Shown piece after piece: positions 33,617 to 36,977 of a DNA stretch of 36,977 nucleotides (positions within the stretch are counted from its first letter, which is position 1; each line of letters begins with the position of its first letter). The position numbers and the translations under genes are program-made. Source of the DNA: Verrucomicrobiota bacterium (GTDB lineage: Bacteria > Verrucomicrobiota > Verrucomicrobiia > Limisphaerales > CANJXF01); assembly GCA_038214755.1 (NCBI GenBank), contig JBBQRQ010000049.1, positions 1 to 36,977 on the forward strand. The letters run 5' to 3'. The notes below the pieces were generated by a model. That model did not search any database, had not been told where the DNA came from, and saw nothing but the letters and a program-made list of their open reading frames with translations.

Positions 33617-35254
33617 TCAACGCGCGGTGCGGCCCATTGAGGATAACATCGCCGCGTTCCCCGTCGGCTTGACCCACTGTTGCAACTCTTTTTCCGCGGC
33701 GTTTTTGGCTTCTTGATCATCGTTAATTCCCCAGACTGCCAGTTCCAAAATTTGTAACCCTTCGCCGGAACTTCGATTGCCGAGCGCAATCGCCGCCAGC
33801 CGGGGCGAAGCCGTCAAATATTTTTCGTAATCCGCGTGATGAAGGCGCGCGAAATAATCCTGCCACAAACAAAAATAAACGTGCATCCGCTCCCCGCGAT
33901 CCTCGAAAACATACGCGCGAAACGGCAACGAAATTCCTCCGGCCTGTAGCAACTTTACGCCGTTGTCCAATACAATTTTTTTCCCCGACGCCAGGAGGCA
34001 ACTTTCGGGCACATGATTTTTTCCATCCTGCACGGCGATCCGCTGATCGCGGGAATGCGCCGGCGCCCAACGAAAATAAAGCATCTGCCATTTGTGCGCG
34101 TTGCCGTCGATCCATCCGAGCGCGTGGCCCTGGTCGAATTTCAATCGGTCGCTCGTCACGTGGCTGATTTCAAACTCGCGAAACTCATTTTTGTTTTCAG
34201 GAAAATGAATTTCCCACAACGAGTTTTTGCTAAAAATTCTCTGATGGGTCCGATACCAAAATTCCGTCGCGATCTCGGACGCAATGAGGCCCAGCGCGAG
34301 AAACGCGCCCAAAAATTGGGGAAGATGGTTGGTGGAAGATTCGTTTACAGGCTGCGATAAAATTTTTTCGACGGGCGCGCCATCGTTTGCCGAAAGAATG
34401 TCGCTCGTGTTTTTTTTTGCAGCGAACCGCCACCCCAAACTCCATAGTCCCATAAAACACAAAACCAAAATGGCGACGCCTGTTGGGTCGTGCCATTTTT
34501 CCATCGCTTTCAATCCTTGTTGCGCGCAAACCAAAACCAGCGTGGTGGTTCGAAGAATATTTGAGCCGATGGCCAGCGCGATTCCAGCGAGCACGAGTTG
34601 CGCGCGCCGTTTTGCCGTTAAAAAATAAAGTTCGCCAAACAAAAGCGAGAGCATCAATGTCGCCTGAAAAGAGCGCAAGCCGCTACAGGCTTCATCAATG
34701 CCGACGAGACCCTTGCTTGTTTCAATGACGTTGCCTTGTTGAAAAACGGGCACGCCCATCCAGCTACAAATCTCCACTGCCGCCTTGGCGTTAAACTGCG
34801 TCAGACGTTGAATAAATGGTTCTTCGATGGGACGCAGCCACGGCACCGCGACCAGGAAAAAAAGAATCGGAAATGAAAAATATCTCAGCCAGGCGCTTCC
34901 GCCAGCCAGATAGATTGCTGTCAAAGTCATCCCGACGACTGCGAAAGCCATGAGCCAAATGGGCAATCGCCAAATGAGATTCGCTTCCTGAACAAAGCGC
35001 GCGAGAAAAAACCCAGCAGCAAAAAAAAATATAAAAATCGACGCCGGAAAAATTGAAATAACGCGGGCCGGTTGAGGACGTTTTTGCCAACGGCGCCATA
35101 AAAAATATCCAACCAAAATCGGCACCGCCCAGCCATAGCTATATTGCGGATAGAGCGACCACTGCGCGCCGACTTGATAAATTAAATCGATCCAGAATAA
35201 AGTCAGCGCGAGAGTCGTCACGATGCTCGCTCTTGTCGGTTTTTGAATCACCAT
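33617..35254 (-). CDS. Exosortase fused to an EpsI-like periplasmic domain
   Basis: YSYGWAVP, FPILFFLVAVP, catalytic EACSGLRS (Cys), NILR (Arg), WHD (His) and C-terminal HVPESCL motif. Start placed at ATG 35254. Confidence 0.92.
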   Translation of the reverse strand: MVIQKPTRASIVTTLALTLFWIDLIYQVGAQWSLYPQYSYGWAVPILVGYFLWRRWQKRPQPARVISIFPASIFIFFFAAGFFLARFVQEANLIWRLPIWLMAFAVVGMTLTAIYLAGGSAWLRYFSFPILFFLVAVPWLRPIEEPFIQRLTQFNAKAAVEICSWMGVPVFQQGNVIETSKGLVGIDEACSGLRSFQATLMLSLLFGELYFLTAKRRAQLVLAGIALAIGSNILRTTTLVLVCAQQGLKAMEKWHDPTGVAILVLCFMGLWSLGWRFAAKKNTSDILSANDGAPVEKILSQPVNESSTNHLPQFLGAFLALGLIASEIATEFWYRTHQRIFSKNSLWEIHFPENKNEFREFEISHVTSDRLKFDQGHALGWIDGNAHKWQMLYFRWAPAHSRDQRIAVQDGKNHVPESCLLASGKKIVLDNGVKLLQAGGISLPFRAYVFEDRGERMHVYFCLWQDYFARLHHADYEKYLTASPRLAAIALGNRSSGEGLQILELAVWGINDDQEAKNAAEKELQQWVKPTGNAAMLSSMGRTAR

Positions 35255-35513
35255 CTTATTTAAGCGAGCCACGCAGACCGTGTCGAATCTATCCGGCTCG
35301 CCGTTGGCCACGGTCGCAAATAAAAAGCACCCCGAATGTGGGATGCTCTGCCGCAAACCGGACTGAAAATTACAGAACGCTAACCGTCATCAATCTCACT
35401 CTTTTTGATACTCAGGTTTTTCCATTCTGATCGGCGGAGACAGCACGGTTTTCTGAATACATGTACTCGCGTTAAAAATGCAAAACAAGTTGTGGAACCA
35501 ACTGCTCCCATGA

Positions 35514-36683
35514 ATGATGAACTCCGATATGCTCCATCGAACAACCCGCTTCTTCATCAGTGGTTTTTGCGTGCTCATTTTCGGTTGCCGATCACCTCTC
35601 AATTATCGCATTGGCATTTATGGCGTTCCTTCCACCAATTCCTTTCCCGTCCTCGCCGAAACCGGATTTAACACCGTGGTCGGCTCCGCTTCTACAGGCT
35701 ATCTCGATGCTGCCCAAAAGAATGGCTTAAAAGTGCTGGCAGCCCCTGGTTCACAGGCTGGCCCCAACTTCGACCCGCTGGCAGCGCAAAGCGCGGTTCG
35801 GAAATTCGATCGCCACCCCGCGCTCTGGAGTTGGTATCTCGTGGATGAACCGGACCTGAACCAAATCTCGCCCGACGCAGTGCGAGAGGCGAATTCAACG
35901 GTCAAAAAAGCAGGCGCGATCAAACCAACCTCACTCGTTCTTTACAAAGGATCCGAGGCGTTGCACTACGCGAACATCGCCGACATAACGATGATTGATC
36001 GCTACCCGATTGCCTGGCAGCCGCTCGCCGCTTTTTCGCAACACGTCGGAATGGTTCGGCTCGCTCTTGGCCCAAAAAAACCACTGATGGCTGTCATCCA
36101 GGCGTTCGACTGGAGTTACTTTCCTGAACTGGTTCCCGGAGAAACGAATTTGCGCGCACCCACGTTTGCGGAATTGCGCTGCATGACTTATCTGGCATTG
36201 GCGGAACGCGCCAATGGCTTATTCTACTACGCTTACGATTCGGGCGGGTGGAAAATGGAAGAGCAACCGGATAGCTGGAATAATTTGAAGAAGGTGGTCA
36301 AGGAAGTGAGGGAGCGTTTGCCTCTCTTTGAAGGGGAACCGATCTGGTGGGCGCACGAGCAGAAGTTTGAAGATGGTTTTAAAGGTTGGAACGAAGTCGG
36401 GCAAAGCAGCATTAAGCTATCGCTCTTGCGCGTGAAAAAAAGTAATCAACATATTTCTGCGGGCGATTACATCCTGGCGGTGAATAATATGGACAAAATG
36501 ATTTCAGCACGGTTTACGGCTCCTCCTGAACTCAAATCCGATTTGGACGTTTTTGAAGAAAATAGAATGGTGAACATTTCCGGCGGCTGGGTCAGAGATA
36601 CCTTTGAGCCTTATGCGGTGCATATTTACGGGCCGCTTGCGGTTTCAGCGAATGCGACAAGGGAAACGCCACCATCACCATGA
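35514..36683 (+). CDS. Putative glycoside-hydrolase-like (TIM-barrel) exported protein
   Basis: IGIYGV, GFNTV, HPALWSWYLVDEP, IDRYP, VIQAF, ELRCMTYLAL and ANGLFYY; possible lipobox IFGC. Start may be 35529. Confidence 0.7.
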   Translation: MMNSDMLHRTTRFFISGFCVLIFGCRSPLNYRIGIYGVPSTNSFPVLAETGFNTVVGSASTGYLDAAQKNGLKVLAAPGSQAGPNFDPLAAQSAVRKFDRHPALWSWYLVDEPDLNQISPDAVREANSTVKKAGAIKPTSLVLYKGSEALHYANIADITMIDRYPIAWQPLAAFSQHVGMVRLALGPKKPLMAVIQAFDWSYFPELVPGETNLRAPTFAELRCMTYLALAERANGLFYYAYDSGGWKMEEQPDSWNNLKKVVKEVRERLPLFEGEPIWWAHEQKFEDGFKGWNEVGQSSIKLSLLRVKKSNQHISAGDYILAVNNMDKMISARFTAPPELKSDLDVFEENRMVNISGGWVRDTFEPYAVHIYGPLAVSANATRETPPSP

Positions 36684-36688
36684 AAGAT

Positions 36689-36837
36689 GGGGAGCGCACG
36701 CCTCTGGCGTGTGGTTTTCGGCGTCGCGCCGAAAACTTCGTTCCACAAACTTTTTGGCTGGCAAACCTTTGGAGAAAATGGTGTGAAGAGGATTCGGGCG
36801 GGCCGCCCGAATCGGCACGCGGGCCGCGTGCGCTTCC
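36689..36837. repeat. GGAG REPIN-like inverted pair
   Basis: GGAGCGCACGC...GTTTTCGGCG/CGCCGAAAAC ... TTCGGGCG/CGCCCGAA...GCGTGCGCTTCC, between convergent genes. Confidence 0.75.
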
Positions 36838-36863
36838 GGTCAACTTCGGCTCAGTCGGCTGTT

Positions 36864-36977
36864 TCAGTCAGTCAGGTAAGGATGATATTCCGGAATGGCT
36901 TCCTTGAGTAGAAGCTTCAGTTCACTGGCCTCTGCGGTTTGCAACTGGGCGGTGATTCGCTCAAAGTAACGCCGGAC
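36864..36977 (-). CDS. 3' end of a probable polysaccharide biosynthesis protein (CapD-like NDP-sugar dehydratase), partial
   Basis: Manual translation VRRYFERITAQLQTAEASELKLLLKEAIPEYHPYLTD*. The LK..IPEY.P ending resembles CapD-family C-termini; only 37 aa are visible. Confidence 0.55.
   Translation of the reverse strand, partial: VRRYFERITAQLQTAEASELKLLLKEAIPEYHPYLTD

Overview
A moderately GC-rich bacterial chromosomal segment, most likely Verrucomicrobiota of the Pedosphaera-like group. This is inferred from a VPDSG-CTERM-type sorting tail, a 'STDLVNW...RFYR' C-terminal domain and the style of the intergenic repeats. The left half is mostly on the minus strand: a small hypothetical protein, a stand-alone receiver, a peroxiredoxin, a Yip1 + MacAB-type ABC exporter operon with a four-helix-bundle gene wedged into it, DUF885, a Gfo/Idh/MocA oxidoreductase, a DegT aminotransferase, a RelE/HigB-like toxin-antitoxin pair (+), an APC permease, ispH, and a winged-helix regulator with a membrane protein. 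The middle holds tRNA-Ser(GGA), bioB, a lone Fe-S hydro-lyase (fumarase) alpha subunit, an 18-copy heptamer array and a YejM/PbgA-like sulfatase-fold protein. The right half is an exopolysaccharide and protein-sorting locus: OM beta-barrel, short Wza/OPX, Wzc, two paralogous surface proteins (one PEP-CTERM, one VPDSG-CTERM-like), a 995-aa beta-helix protein with a duplicated C-terminal domain, an Ala-rich repeat protein, an exosortase-EpsI fusion, a glycoside-hydrolase-like protein and the 3' end of a probable CapD-like gene. Four signals stand out: (1) a four-helix-bundle cassette bounded by inverted 8-mer arrays and overlapping both neighbouring genes by 4 nt, with 'empty' elements of similar design at other junctions; (2) nested REP-like palindromes; (3) a shared ACTTTG-N5-CAAAGT palindrome upstream of ispH and of the regulator operon; (4) tandem paralogs with different sorting tails. 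All calls come from reading motifs by eye; no database searches were run.
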